Counted from the first letter of the whole stretch, positions 35,201 to 48,989 are shown. The stretch: 63,381 bases of DNA, filler included, from Craspedostauros australis (GCA_030167865.1; 13 parts of 13 records of this genome joined end to end with filler, not necessarily neighbours in it), one strand, 5' to 3'. The notes: generated by a model not told the origin, from the sequence alone. A program made the numbers and translations.

Positions 35201-37430
35201 GAGACTTGGCTGTGATGATGGAGCTACCGACGGTGACTCGCTACCTGTGGGTATAGCGCTCTCAGCACTTGGCTTTGATGAAGGTGATACTGATGGCGAT
35301 TCACTGCCTGTCGGCGCTGCACTCGAAGTACTTGGTTGTGACGAAGGTGCTACTGATGGCGATTCACTGCCTGTTGGTACAGCACTCGAGAGACTTGGCT
35401 GTGATGATGGAGCTACCGACGGTGACTCGCTACCTGTGGGTACGGCGCTCTCAGCACTTGACTTTGATGAAGGTGAAGATGATGGCGATTCGCTGCCTGT
35501 GGCTACCGCGCTGTCGGCACTTGGCTGTGAGGAAGGTGCTGCTGACGGTTCTTCACTTCCCGTTGCAACATCACTGTCAGCACTTGGCTTTGATGAAGGT
35601 GAAGAGGATAGCGATTCACTATCTGTGGGTACCGCGCTTGTAACGCTTGGCTGTGATGAAGGTGATACTGATGGCGATTCGCTGCCTGTGGCTACCGCGC
35701 TGTCGGCACTTGGCTGTGAGGAAGGTGCTGCTGACGGTTCTTCACTTCCCGTTGCAACATCACTGTCAGCACTTGGCTGTGAGGAAGGTGAAGATGATGG
35801 CGATTCACTGCCTGTTGGGACAGCACTCGAGAGACTTGGCTGTGATGATGGAGCCACCGACGGTGACTCGCTACCTGTGGGTACGGCGCTCTCAGCACTT
35901 GGCTGTGATGAAGGTGAAGATGATGGTGACTCGCTACCTGTGGGCACTGCGCTCTCAGCACTTGGCTGTGAGGAAGGTGATGCTGACGGTTCTTCACTTC
36001 CCGTTGCAACATCACTGTCAGCACTTGGCTGTGAGGAAGGTGATACTGATGGCGATTCACTGCCTGTTGGGACAGCACTCGAGAAACTTGGCTGTGATGA
36101 TGGAACCACCGACGGTGACTCGCTACCTGTGGGTACGGCGCTCTCAGCACTTGGCTTTGATGAAGGTGATGCTGACGGTTCTTCACTTCCCGTTGCAACA
36201 TCACTGTCAGCACTTGGCTTTGATGAAGGTGAAGATGATGGCGATTCACTACCTGTCGGCACCGCGCTCTCAGCACTTGGCTGTGAGGAAGGTGAAGATG
36301 ATGGCGATTCACTGCCTGTTGGGACAGCACTCGAGAGACTTGGCTGTGATGATGGAGCCACCGACGGTGACTCGCTACCTGTGGGTACGGCGCTCTCAGC
36401 ACTTGGCCGCGCTGAAGGTGAAAATGACTGAGCTTCGCTATCTGTGGGGGCCGCGCTTGCCAAGGTTGGCTGCGCCGAAGGTGACGCTGAAGCCAATTCA
36501 CTTGCCGTTGGAACATCACTCGACAGACTTGGCTTTGACGAAGGTGCGATTGAAGGCAAATCACTTCTCGTTGGAACACCACTCTCACCACTTGGTTGCC
36601 CCGACGGAGTCAATGATGGTTCTTCGCTACTTGTGGGTGCTGCGCTTGCGAAGCTTGGACGTGAGGAAGGAGCCGATGACGGCGATTGGCTACTCGACGG
36701 CACACCACTGGGAAGGCTTGGGTGTGACGATGGGACTGCTGACGGTGATTCGCTGCTCGATGGAACTCCGCTAGAAACGCTTGGCAGCAACGATAGAGAT
36801 GCTGACGGAATGTCACTGCTGGATGGTGCAGAACTGGGCAAATCGCTGACTGACGTCGGTCCAGATGATGGATCAGCTGATGGCATGTCACTGCTGGTTG
36901 GTGCAGAACTGGGCAAATCGCTGACTGACGTCGGTCCAGATGATGGATCTGCCGATGGCGACTCGCTGGTCGATGGTGCAGAACTGGAAAAATCACTGAC
37001 TGAGGTCGGTCCAGATGATGGATCAGCTGATGGAGTGTCATTGGTCGATGGTGCAGAACTGGGCAAATCGCTGACTGACGTCGGTCCAGATGATGGATCT
37101 GCCGATGGCGACTCGCTGGTCGATGGTGCAGAACTGGGCAAATCACTGACTGAGGTCGGTCCAGATGATGGATCAGCTGATGGCATGTCACTGCTGGATG
37201 GTGCAGAGCTGGGAAAATCGCTGACTGAGGTCGGTCCAGATGATGGGTCTGAGGACGGCATGTCACTGCTGGATGGCGCAGAACTGGGCAAATCGCTGAC
37301 TGACGTCGGTCCAGATGATGGCTCTGCTGATGGAATGCCACTGCTCGATGGTGCAGAACTGGGCAAATCGCTGACTGAGGTCGGTCCAGATGATGGGTCT
37401 GAAGACGGAATGTCACTGCCTGATGGCGAT
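32219..37430 (-). CDS. Very long Ser/Pro/Thr-rich mucin-like repeat protein with a small C-terminal globular domain, 5'-truncated
   Basis: More than 1700 open codons in three repeat blocks (SSGPTSVSDLPSSAP...; SAVPTGSESPSxxPSSQP; TESPTSNPTDAPTVKHSETPSIAPSS). The last 130 aa or so are non-repetitive with two Cys. Confidence 0.85.
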
Positions 37431-37530
37431 NNNNNNNNNNNNNNNNNNNNNNNNNNNNNNNNNNNNNNNNNNNNTTAATTAATTAANNNNNNNNNNNNNN
37501 NNNNNNNNNNNNNNNNNNNNNNNNNNNNNN

Positions 37531-38270
37531 TCACAAGACGCAATGTTCCACTTGAAATCTAGATCCATCGATTTGAACACCTTCCAGATGGATCTAGGAC
37601 CTCATTCTTCGTGGTCAGATCCTTTGGAGTGTGTCGTAAGTGCGCGCTGGGTTGGATTCGATTGCGATTGACAGTTTATATGCACATTTTGACAATCTAC
37701 TGTGCAGTTTGGTGCATGGCTAGCAGTACTGTCACCCACAGCACCACACAAAATCTCCACATCCAGATATGGATGCCTTCCAGATGGATTGGAGACCTCA
37801 TGCTTCGTGAACAGATCCTTTGGGGTGTGTTGTAAGTGTTCGCCGGGTTGGATTTCATTGTGATTGACATTTTCTATCCACATTTTGACAATCTACTGTA
37901 CAGTGTGGTGCGTAGCTCACAGTACTGTCACACACAGCACCTCGATGTCCAGATCCATCGATTTGACATCTTCCAGATGGACTGGGCACCTCATACTTCG
38001 TGACCAGACGCTTTGGAGTGTGTTGTAAGTTTGCGCCAGGTTGGATTTCATTGCGATTGACATTTATAGGCACATATGGGCAATCTACTGTACAGTATGG
38101 TGCGTAGCTCGGAGTACTGTCACCCACACCACCACTCGAAATCTAGATTCTCAGATTTGACTACCTTCCAGACGGATCTAAGACCTCATACTTCGTGACC
38201 AGATCCTTTGGAGTGTGTTGGAAGTGGGCGCCTGGTTGGATTTGATTGTGATTGACATTTTGTATGCACA
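37531..38270. repeat. About 195-bp diverged satellite, about 3.7 units, running into the contig end
   Basis: Anchor CTTCCAGA(T/C)GG at 37581, 37777, 37970 and 38165. Confidence 0.88.
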
Positions 38271-39144
38271 TATGACCAACTCATTACACACAGTGACCGA
38301 ATGGCAGCACATGAACTGACTAATTGTAATCTGAATCTCCTTGCAGTTGGATGTAGCTGTTCCAAGGTAGGTACATGCCAATGGCTGATGTTAGTATGCA
38401 ATCGATAATAGCTGGTTTGACCCTCTGCTCAACAGGATTCATCGACAACATCATAAACAAGACTACTTTCCACTGTTCTGCAGTGAAATGTTTGTGTTGG
38501 CTTCGTGGCTAAATTATTATTTTCGCCGTTGTCACAGGGACGCGCCGGCCAAAATTCCGGCCATCGTGATTGGCCAATACCAAAACGACCTGGTTAGTGG
38601 ACTTTGGCCTCCAAAACGACCTGGTTAGTGAATTTCCTCGTTTTTTTTGTGTCGTGAATGGTGCGCGCATTGTGAAGCCATCGCGTTGTGGAGCCATCAC
38701 GTTGTGTCATGCCGTTCTGATCGGAAAAATTCCAGCCGAACCACACACAAAATACGCACCAAGGCCTCAACTGCGTCGATCGGCGTGCCAGCACAATCGG
38801 TGTGTGTTGCACAAACCCATCGAATGGCAAAGGCTCCTCTTGGTTGGTACCGCACTTGTACATCTGTACCACATCGTACCATGCTAGTACTCTACTTCCT
38901 TTTCATCACACATGTATAACCCTCGCGATCTTTGCTGCCATCAAGTCCCAGCGTCCGTGCTCGTCACTGGAGCACCAACGATGCATCCTCTGATCATTCA
39001 TCTCTGCTCGTGCCCTGCCGACGGCACCGCACTAGCACGATCGTCATGTATTGGTGGAGCAGAGTAGAATAGAGCAGAGCGCAACAAATACACTCCATAC
39101 AATGCTCGTATGCTATGCTGTGTTGTGATGTGCTAGTGCAGCTC

Positions 39145-42100
39145 CTATAATATATTACATACTCGTACACTAAGAGCACAGCCCACTACTCCATGTACTG
39201 CTTTGGGCTTGCTAGATGGAGCAGATTGGACTTCCTCTCTTCGGGGTGCGTCGCCATTGGACACCTCTTCGTTGATTGTCGTGTCCTCCTTGCCATCATG
39301 TTCACATTTGTTCCGCTTGGCCTCCTGTCCTGTTTGTGTTGATTGGATGCTTTGCTCCGTCGCTGCAGAAGGGTCCATCTCTTCGCTGCCATCGCGTGTT
39401 GACGAAGACCCCATTACCTCACTGGGATCATCTTGTGCTGAACATGATCGAGTCTTTGCGCTGGTCTCGTCTTGCGGAGTGGGCACCACAGATGCAGATG
39501 CAGATGCTGTCTCCGAAATGATGGTTGTTTGCGAAGACTTCTTGGTGCTGGCATCGGCTTCTTTCGTTTGTGCGTTGTCTCTTGCACGTCCCATGGTGCT
39601 GAGGACCCCAATGGTGGCCAACGATGCAACAGCCAAGGCCAACATCTGTGATGAGGTGATGCCCGCCTTCTGCTGACCTTTGCTCTCCTCAGACACCACT
39701 GCCCCTTGTTTTGCCTGTGAGTTTGTGACTGTGGCCGTCGCGGATTGGGCCAGGTTGTCCACGACTTCATAGGGATCCATCTCGTGGCACACAATGACAT
39801 CGCCGCTCTCACCGTCGTACACTTCGAAGCTCGTGCTGTCGTAGTTCACGAGGTTGATGACTGGTGCTGCACCAGCTGGGTTGGTGGTAGACTTGTCGGT
39901 GCCAATGCTCAGTGCTGAATCGCGTGATGCAGGGGTGTCGTCTCCGTCACCAGTCCATGGATCCCCATACGAATGCTGCCCCTCCATGGAGTCGCTGATA
40001 ATGATGACGCCATCGGAATGACTCTGCAATGGTCGATTCTGCTGGTGATCATCGTCACCCTCGTTGTCACTGGAGCAGTGGTCGTCTTCGTCGTCGAGCA
40101 CAATGATCTCTTCCACATTTCGCGAGCGTGAGGCACTCTCTGCTGGGGGTTGTTGCTCGATGGAATAATTCCCAGGTGACGCACCACCATGGCTTCCGTG
40201 GTCGGTGGCATCAATTGGGTCATGTTCAGTAGGAGCATCAGCATTGTCGCAATCCTTTTCTGCATTCATCAACAACTTGGTCATGGTCGCTGCGCCAACC
40301 CCAAGGACAACTGCTGCACCTGCGGCTACTCCAGTCGGGACGTTCTTGGTGACATTGTCCAATGACGACTTTGCTGAGCTGATCGACTTGTGGGATGAGT
40401 TACGCTCGATGTGACCAGTCGAAACAGTTGCCGATGCATCTTGAGCGGCGTCGGCAACATCGTTTGTTGAGGCCGCCGACGCATTGTCGGTGCAGCTACT
40501 ATCGACAGGATTCGAGTTGGCGCTTGCGCTCGTCACCATGCTGACTGCAGGGCTGCCGTCAGCTGTGACTTTGGCTTTGGCTGTGGTCGTGGTTTTGGCT
40601 GCAACTGCCATAGATGCCGCCGTAACGACTGCTGCGGCCACGCCAATAGCTGCAGTGGTTGTCAATGCGTTGGCGTCGTCATCCTTGTTGCTGTTGTCAT
40701 CTTTCCCGAAGCCGCGATCGCTCTGTGTTGTGGATGGGCTCGATTGGTCTTGGTGCCCGACCAGCGCCCCAACCTTTTCCGAGTCAGAGTCCAACAGGCT
40801 GTTCAAGACAGATTCATTGAACGACGAAGGGCGTTCGTTGTCCGCAGAGCTGGAAGACAACTTCCTGGTGGAAGCTGCACCAGATCTCACCGACCGTTCA
40901 TTCTCGGAGAGGTGAATTCGGAGGCTGTGGATTGACTGCTGTTCATTCCTCGCGCAGGCATGAGAACTTCCATGCCCTGGACGACTAGGATGTCATCGGA
41001 TGAACGTACGGTTTCCACGAGGTGGCTGACTATCACTGGGTTGGCTGCACTGGCGATCAGGTCTTGCTTTTCAGATCCCGGTTGACACGCGTCCTTGCTG
41101 GCAGATTCGTCCTTGTTGCTGGTTTTGTATTAACTACCAGCAGCCAGTTTGGCTGCAGCAAGGTCCATGATGTCTTCGAGAGGAGCCGGAGGAGGCCTGC
41201 TGGTCTCTGCGAGACGTTCGATGCCTTCACTCTGCATCTGCGAGTGAATCATTGCTGCAATCTTTGCCTCGTAGTCGGATGATGTTGAAGAAGAGAGGTC
41301 GACGGCACGGACCTCGCCATTCTTGACACCTTCAGAACGATTTGTGTAGATGTTGCTGGATGCCAGGCTGGATGTTCCACTTGCGCTGCTCTCTGCCGAC
41401 GGACACGACTGCTTGCTGCCACCGGCGTTCTGCGCTATTTCCGTTGCTGTTCCACTGACGGATGATGATCTATCGCATGTGTTGGAAGATGATGCAGCTG
41501 CTGCTGCCACAGCCGCTGCAGCGCCAACTGCGGCTGCTCCGACCACGGCCCCAGAAATGAAATGACCGTCGCTGGTGCTGCCATTGGAACGGTTGGAGCG
41601 TGACTCTCCGTTCGAGTACGTCGGATCGTCGTAGTATACCGATCCGCTTGACAGCGTGTCGTTGCACCATGTAGGCCTGTGTGACGAGTTGGCTCCTGTG
41701 ATCACGCTTGGTCGATGGTGTTCGTGGAATTGTTGCGTGCTAGACGAGTCTGATTCATTGAAGCGGACCGACGTTTGCGACCCTTCATCTATGACCGAAA
41801 CGGCCCGCACTTCGATGCTGTCGGTCTGTTCTCCGCTGTCGGTAGCTTGCGTCATGGTCACAGCTGGGGGTTGGGCATTTCGCGCCAATTTCTCGGCCTG
41901 CTGTTGATCGTTCGACTGCTGGTCGGCCTCGGACCCAGAAGACAAGGATGCGGAACGTGTTGTTTGCGCCGATTGCAGGTGGTTTGGAGCAAGCACACGG
42001 TTTGCAACGTATGCTCCCGCTAGAAGCTCGATGCCTGTTGCAGAGGCTGTTGGCGACGCGATTCGGACCTGCATCATGCTGTTGTCGCGTCGCTTGGTTG

Positions 42101-42850
42101 GAGACGCGATCCATGACGTCCATGGATGTGGCCTGACCATCATGATTGTTGTGAATGCTTGAGATGGTGCTCTTTTCGATGCTGGCACTCGCATTCTTGC
42201 TTTGTCCAATGCTGGATGGTGGTTCCTTGCCAAGCGAATTGTTGCAGAACGTCGGCATCGACTGAGAGGCTGCAATTGCACCGAAGGCCGCCACTGCCTG
42301 CTTACCACGCATCTTTCTGGCCGAAGTAGGTGCAGGGATAACAGATACTGAGCCTTCCGCCTCTTTCCTGGACTGTGATACAATGGCAGGGTTGCTTCGG
42401 GCTTGGTTCTCTTCGACTCGGACGGAGCTCGACGCCACCGAGCATGCGCTGGCTGTGCCGTGTTGAGTGGNGNGTGTGGACTTGACTGAAGTGGCTCCGC
42501 TGCCTGCCGTCGTGGCATTGCGTTGGTCGACGGAGGTTGCGGTTGGCGTTGCTGCTTTGAGCACAGTGGGGGTGGTGTTCGATTGAGCGTCCGTAGTTTC
42601 CCCACCCTTCTCTGACTTGGATGCATCATTGCCAGCAGCCTTTCTTCCAAACATCGTCCCTACAGATCCCAACGTCGCGGACACAAGGCCCAGTTTGGCC
42701 CCTTGCTTGCGCTGCTGCTGCTGCTGCTGCGATGGCAAAGATGACACTGTAGCATCGTGTGTGCTCGTTGCTTCGCACAGTCATCACGTTGTCTTGTGGA
42801 GGAAGAGTAGCACGATGTCTCTTCCTCTGTTGTGACTCGTGTTGCATGAC
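39145..42850 (-). CDS. Large Ser/Ala/Thr/Asp-rich low-complexity gene (spliced or frameshifted)
   Basis: Consecutive long minus-strand ORFs 41785-42747, 41130-42650 and 39145-40890 with recurring small hydrophobic motifs (AAVGAAAAVAAAAA, AAIGVAAAVVTAA). Exon structure unresolved. Confidence 0.55.
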
Positions 42851-43177
42851 GTGGAATCCGTTCCCTGTGACGTAGAAGACGGATCAGCGAGAGCAAACAC
42901 GAAATAGCTCTAAATATCCAATCGCCGTTTCTCCCAAAAGCAAGCAAACCAGTGGCAACGAGGGGCCAAAACTCCACAACTAGTGCTATCGTGACACCGT
43001 TTTACATTGAGTGCAGCTAGTACGTACATTTGTAGGTATTGTGCTCCGTGCTGCATGCTCTGGAAACCTGGCATCGCCTTGTTGGCAAAAGCTTGCGGTT
43101 CACGCCACGGGAAGAAACGCCGAAGGCACCATAGGTACATGCAACGGCCGTACGTACTCGTACCATGATCGACGCTT

Positions 43178-43797
43178 TCAGGTAGCGAACGTAATCTCCG
43201 CCGGTCGCTGCCAGACGGATCCGCAACGCTCGTGTAGCTGCTTGGCCTTCCCATCCGCACCCCAATCGCTGTAAGACCGAATGGCCTCGTCGAAGTGATA
43301 CTTCGCGCGATCTCGATCATTCTCGATCAGCATGTGCTCCGCCAGCCGCTCGTTCGCCAACGCCCGATCTTGCGTCATGCCTGTCCGTGCTGATATTCGG
43401 ATCGCATCCTGGTACATCTTCACTGCGTTTTCGAATGATTCTTGCCTCTTCCCGTGGTGCTTGACATCATGCGCCTTGAGCGCCGCTCGTTCGGCGTTAA
43501 GGATGGCAAGGTAGTGGACGGCATTTGGGTTCTTCTTTTCCACGGCCGTTCGAAGTGCTGCGTGTGCTTTGCGAGCAAGCTGCTTGATCGCGTTGCATTT
43601 GGATCTTGGAAGGTGCTTGCTTCGCTTGTATATGATCGTGGCTGCGAGTGCTGTGCAAAAAGTGCTCGGGATGCGAGCACAGGAACCCGGTGAATTCTTC
43701 AACTGTCCATCGTAGAACTCAAGTCCAACTTCTGCCGCATCCTCAAACTCTCCGAAGTATGTGCCAACGAACAGCTTCTGTCGATGTATGTTCATGA
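43178..43797 (-). CDS. C-terminal TPR-like helical region of an AAA/STAND-type protein, 5'-truncated
   Basis: YQDAIRISARTGMTQDRALANERLAE...AKYHFDEAIRSYSDWGADGKAKQL, the typical ALANE...Y..WGA ending. Confidence 0.7.
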
Positions 43798-43897
43798 NNN
43801 NNNNNNNNNNNNNNNNNNNNNNNNNNNNNNNNNNNNNNNNNTTAATTAATTAANNNNNNNNNNNNNNNNNNNNNNNNNNNNNNNNNNNNNNNNNNNN

Positions 43898-44376
43898 TCA
43901 CAGACAACGCAGGTAATTTCTCGAGATGGGAAGTGGAACTCTTCACGGCCTGCGTCCAAGCCAAAGATTATTTTGATTCCAGCACAATTGACAACCAGAA
44001 AATCTGCAAGAACAGAGACAGGGTCTACGACAGCTTCCTTGACATCGTATTTGGCTCGAATCGACTGTACTGCGTTGCAAGCAGGGAAGACAAACTTGGT
44101 CTTGATAGCCCGTATAAAGGAGCGGCGGCCAATGGAACATCCCTTCACGCAGGCCTTCCCACCGATAAGAGTCCACTGCTGAGCACATCGATGACCAAGC
44201 TCGATGATCTTCGCCGGCAAAGTAAGAAGACCAGCAAGTATGCGAGGGGTCTGACCACCCATGAGGAATTGGAAAATGCGGCGGATATAGTCGCTGGGAT
44301 CAATAGGACGAATCCTTGGTTGGAGGATGTGATCGCCAGCCTCGAGAAATCAAGCGGAAGTGGCAAAGAGCCGTAG
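43898..44376 (+). CDS. Hypothetical protein C-terminus
   Basis: ORF 43933-44376 with ordinary globular composition near the contig start; family not recognised. Confidence 0.35.
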
Positions 44377-44480
44377 TCACACGAGAAGAGAGATTAGTCC
44401 AAGGACGAAGAAACAATTGGAGATGGCGAGAGCCATGATGCAGAACCGGATGGGAGTGCGTAAAGGCGTGATGATCGACC

Positions 44481-44549
44481 ATACATACATACTAGTACAT
44501 ACATACTAGTACATACATACTAGTACATACATACTAGTACATACATACT
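44481..44549 (+). repeat. (ACATACATACTAGT)n minisatellite, about 4.5 copies
   Basis: Read directly; abuts the LTR at 44550. Confidence 0.92.
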
Positions 44550-45338
44550 TGTTGGAAATCTGGGGTTATAGTAGAGTCTAATGCTTATTAAACTGTACCG
44601 TTTTAGAACTGTGAGAACAACACATTCATTTCTCAAATCGTCGACTCGTTTGCCCATGATGATGTTGATGGTCTCCTATAGTTGCCCCTCACAATCATCA
44701 TTGCAATCTCTCTCTGTCATGCCCATTTCATTGCTCATGACAAGTGCATTTCACCATGCTCGTCTGCTGAGATATCGGTCTACATTCCTGAGGTGCATGC
44801 ATGCCGATGCTTGATTCACTCTCTTCTCATCAGACATCCATCACTCATTCAGTACACTTTTCCGTGTTGTTCACTCACTTCTCTCACATGCTCACCGACA
44901 ATCACACTTGCTCAGAACATGGAGTTCTGGCATGATCAATCCAGTCCTTCGATGCTGTTCCTGTCCGCGCCTTATTCTCCTTCACTGGTTCTCTGTCAGT
45001 CACGTAGTCATATTCTGGGTTCCGAGCGACTCAACTGTGATAGCGTTTTCGCATAGTTGTTTCAGGTTAACCGGTCAACCCTCGTGCTTGGAACACTTCG
45101 GTGTTCCAATCTCCCTTTCACATCCATCGTTCGCCATGTCAGTTTGTCAGTCTCCTCAAAACATGTCACATCATTAGTCTGTCCGTCGTCCGTCATACTC
45201 TTGACACACAGAGGAGGAGGTACACAATGAACTTGGGAGCGTGTCCGACTTTGATAGATCGGTGAGTCTAATTTTGGTATTATGGGAGGTGCGGCAATCT
45301 AGGATAATACGACATAGTCGCACCCTCGATTCCTGACA
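44550..45338 (-). mobile_element. 3' LTR, family A
   Basis: Minus strand PPT GGAAGGG followed by TGTCAGGAATCGAGGG ... CCCCAGATTTCCAACA. Confidence 0.88.
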
Positions 45339-46062
45339 CCCTTCCATTGTCGCATCGACATCATACCATAGACTCCACACTCCATCACTCTCTTGCACCA
45401 CCATCCNNNNNNNNNNTCTCGGTCCACTGCTGACCGAGGCTGGATGATATCTCCCTTGTGTCTGTCGTAGATCTCTTTCTTCGTGTTCTTGGTGAAGCCG
45501 TCAGCGATGTTGTCCTCTGAACGTACGAACCGGGCTCTAGCCTCTTTGTTCGCAATCAGCTCTCGGATGAAGTGATGTCGGATATCGATGTGTCTGGTTC
45601 TGGCCGATGTAGATGGGTTGGAAGCGATGAAGATTGCTCCCACGTTGTCGACCATCACGTCTGTTGGCTTGTGTACCTTCAAACCGATGTCACTCATCAA
45701 TTGCGTCAGGAAGCGAATCTCCTTGCCTGCTTCCGACAATGCAACGTACTCTGCCTCCGTTGAGCTCAGCGTCACGCTGCGTTGTGCCTTCGATCTCCAG
45801 ATGATAGGCACTCCCTGTAGTAGGACGAGGTGACCTCCCACACTGATGCGATTGTCCTTGTCACCAGCGAACTCGCTGTCGGTGTACACAACAATCTTCC
45901 ATGCATTGTTCTCCAAGGGTTTCGGTCTCATCTTCAGACCATACTCTCTCGTATCCGACACGAACTTCATGACTCTCAGCATCTCCTTGTATGCTGCGGC
46001 TGTTGGTCCATCCAACACCTTGGTCAGTTCTCGCACTGCATTGGCGATGTCGGGTCGTGAGT
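45339..46062 (-). mobile_element. Ty1/copia RT end and RNase H
   Basis: SRPDIANAVREL...YTDSEFAGDKDNRISVGG...WRSKAQRSVTLSSTEAEY...DNVGAIF...NIADGFTKN. Confidence 0.92.
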
Positions 46063-46162
46063 NNNNNNNNNNNNNNNNNNNNNNNNNNNNNNNNNNNNNN
46101 NNNNNNTTAATTAATTAANNNNNNNNNNNNNNNNNNNNNNNNNNNNNNNNNNNNNNNNNNNN

Positions 46163-47206
46163 GACACCTTCATTGTCTTGTGCGTTGACATCAGCGTTGG
46201 AAGATTCCAGAAGATACTTCACAACATTCAATTGACCGCTGGCACATGCAAAATGAAGTGGGGTGAAGCCGTTACTGGCTTGGATGTTGACCTCAATATT
46301 GCCCAATTCCACCAAGCATTTCACAACTTCCAAATGGCCGCACAAGCATGCCCCATGTAATGGAGTGAGGCCTTGGTGGATTTGTGTATTGGCATCAGCG
46401 TTGGAAGATTCCAACAAATATTTGACAACGTTCGAATGGCCGAATGTGCAGGCAAGATGAAGTGGAGTGGCACCGCGAGAGTCTTGGACGTTGACATCAG
46501 CATTGCATGAGTCCACCAAGTACTTCACAACCTCCAAAGGGTCACCTCCAGAGCACTCAACATTCAATGAAGCNNNNNNNNNNNNNNNNNNNNNNNNNNN
46601 NNNNNNNNNNNNNNNNNNNNNNNNNNNNNNNNNATCCGAAGCACCACGTCGGCATGCATAATGCAGCAGCGTGCAGCCAGCACTATCCACGATAGTCACA
46701 TCGACGTTGAGCGATTGCACCAGATACTTCATGCAGTCCAGATGACCTTCCAAGCATGCCCATTGAAGTGGAGTGAGGCCGCGAGTGTCTCGAACATCGA
46801 TGTCTGCATCACATGAGTCCACGAGATACTTCGCACAATCCAAATGACCGTGATGGAAAGTGCACTGGAATGCAGTTGCACCACGGAAACCAGGGATGGA
46901 TATGTCAGCGTTGCATGCTTCCACCAGGTACTTCNCACAATCCAGGTGACCATTCCAGCATGCTGACACAAGCGGGGTGCTCCCATTGTTGGCTTGGATG
47001 TTGATATAGGTCGAGCTTGATTTCACCAGATACTTCACACAAGCCAAGCGGCCTTTGCTGCATGCTCGATGCAGGAGAGTCTTGCCATTGTCATCCTTGA
47101 TGCTACCGTGATCGTCTCTTGGGTTGTTGTTCTTCCACTCCTTCAACATTGTCAGATTCCCGTCCGTGGCAGCGCGAAGGAGTTTGTCTTTCGTGATGTT
47201 GGACAT
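46163..47206 (-). CDS. Ankyrin-repeat protein (about 9 repeats), 3'-truncated; paralogue of 4103-5503
   Basis: MSNITKDKLLRAATDGNLTMLKEWK, then repeated GxTPLHxACxxGHLxxVKYLV. Confidence 0.88.
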
Positions 47207-48989
47207 GTCGGCGTCATGATTGTTGGCTGTGACGTGTGGTGTGTTGGTATTGTGTGAGTGGTGTCCGAAAGCTGAAGCAATCCGCGACAGTACATTGCGG
47301 ATGCATGAAGAATAGAAACACATCGCGTGGACGTGACGAGATGATGTGAGTTGTCGCTGATGTGATATGAGAGGAATGGAGTATGTATGCGATAGAAGTC
47401 CAATTCGCACAGAGGATTCATTCATTTTATGAACACAGCTTCGAAGAGATGGTTGGATGGAGCTGCCAGAATACGCCTTTCCCTCATGATCTCATGTTCC
47501 GTCTCGTCATGCGTCGTGTTGTCACACCTGTTTCGTTTCGTTTCGTTTCGTTTCGTTTTCGTCGTGTTCTGCCGTGTTTCGTTTCGTCACATCTCGCCTC
47601 GCCTCACCTTGCAATGAAAATGGGCGGAGTTGTGTTGAAACAGGTCTCAATCCTGTTGCTCATGTAGACCGGGTGGGGCTACAATTGGTTCACTAAGTTA
47701 GTTGTTCTGTTATCNNNNNNNNNNNNNNNNNNNNNNNNNNNNNNNNNNNNNNNNNNNNTTAATTAATTAANNNNNNNNNNNNNNNNNNNNNNNNNNNNNN
47801 NNNNNNNNNNNNNNTTTTTAACAATGTGCATTGTTTTGACAGAAAGAAACAAGAAGAGACAAGAATCATGCGATGATTTGCGTACAAGAGATGCAAAAAG
47901 AGGGATCTGGACAATCGAATCAATCATTTTGGTTCAGATTGGGCAAAAATGCGAAAAACCATGTTGGTACCATGAGAAAACAAACAGTTTGACGAAACAG
48001 TGTGGGAAACAGGGAAGGAAGAAAGCGAATCGTGACGTCACATGGGCATTGCAAAGACCTAAATCCCCACGAAAGTGGCTGTCTCCATTGCGTCCAGACA
48101 AGTCTCAATAGCGGGGCTCCCCCTGGAATTCCGACAGCCCGGCGTGTCCCAGTACCCAAGTTCTGGGGCCACTCGAACCCCTCTAATGGATGTCTTGGGG
48201 ATGTTCAGCTTGTGGATGCTTGACAGCGTGAGGAAAAGGTGTGGCTTCGCCTTGTTCAGAATCTGCACGAATAGGAACAAACACGTTGGGAAAGTCCGTT
48301 GTGAGGGTTCTGCGTGAATCACGGATTTATCGTGCCATTTGTCATACTGTGAAATTGCGTAGACAAGGCACTACTGTGTTTATTTCGTGACACAAGGCAA
48401 CGACTGTGACATCCGCGTCGCTTTCATTGAAGTTGCACCGTCCATCGCGCGTTGCAAGCATGGTTGGATCAAGGAGGATTAAGCGTGTGTGGCAAAAACG
48501 ATGAAGGTTAAATGACGCATCGTTGTTGACACAAGGAATAAAGTCTGCGGGTAGATTTGCCGAACGACTTTCACCGCGGTGCGACTCCACCTGACACAGA
48601 AGAGCAATCCACAACAACCACCAGCGAAGGAAACAGAACGTTGGGAGAGAGAAACGATCACAGACCAGACACCAAACTCTGTATGCACGCTATCTCGCGA
48701 GAAGCCAAGCAACAAGCTTCAACACAGCACAGCACAGCAGACACGCTCCCGCGTTTGCTCCACTACACGTTGTGGGCGAATCGAACCAACGCAGACAGGA
48801 TGCGACACGAAGTAAAGCAGATCAATACAGAGATGGAGCAACACAACATGACGAAACGCAACAAAGCACCAACCTCATCCCATCCTCTCACAATTTGATC
48901 TCGCAACCAATCAGCTCATAAACTCAAACTTCACGCATCACAAAGCAAAAGACACAAAACCACATCATCATCATCATCACCGTCCAACC

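Noticed and set aside
33159..37478. 1090-aa and 344-aa plus-strand ORFs (GDSLPVGTAL repeats)
   Set aside because: Antisense shadow of the Ser/Pro repeat gene; repetitive codons simply lack stops in that frame.
38580..38630. Direct repeat CCAAAACGACCTGGTTAGTG, two copies
   Set aside because: Only two copies 11 bp apart; likely a local duplication or TE subterminal repeat, with no further support.
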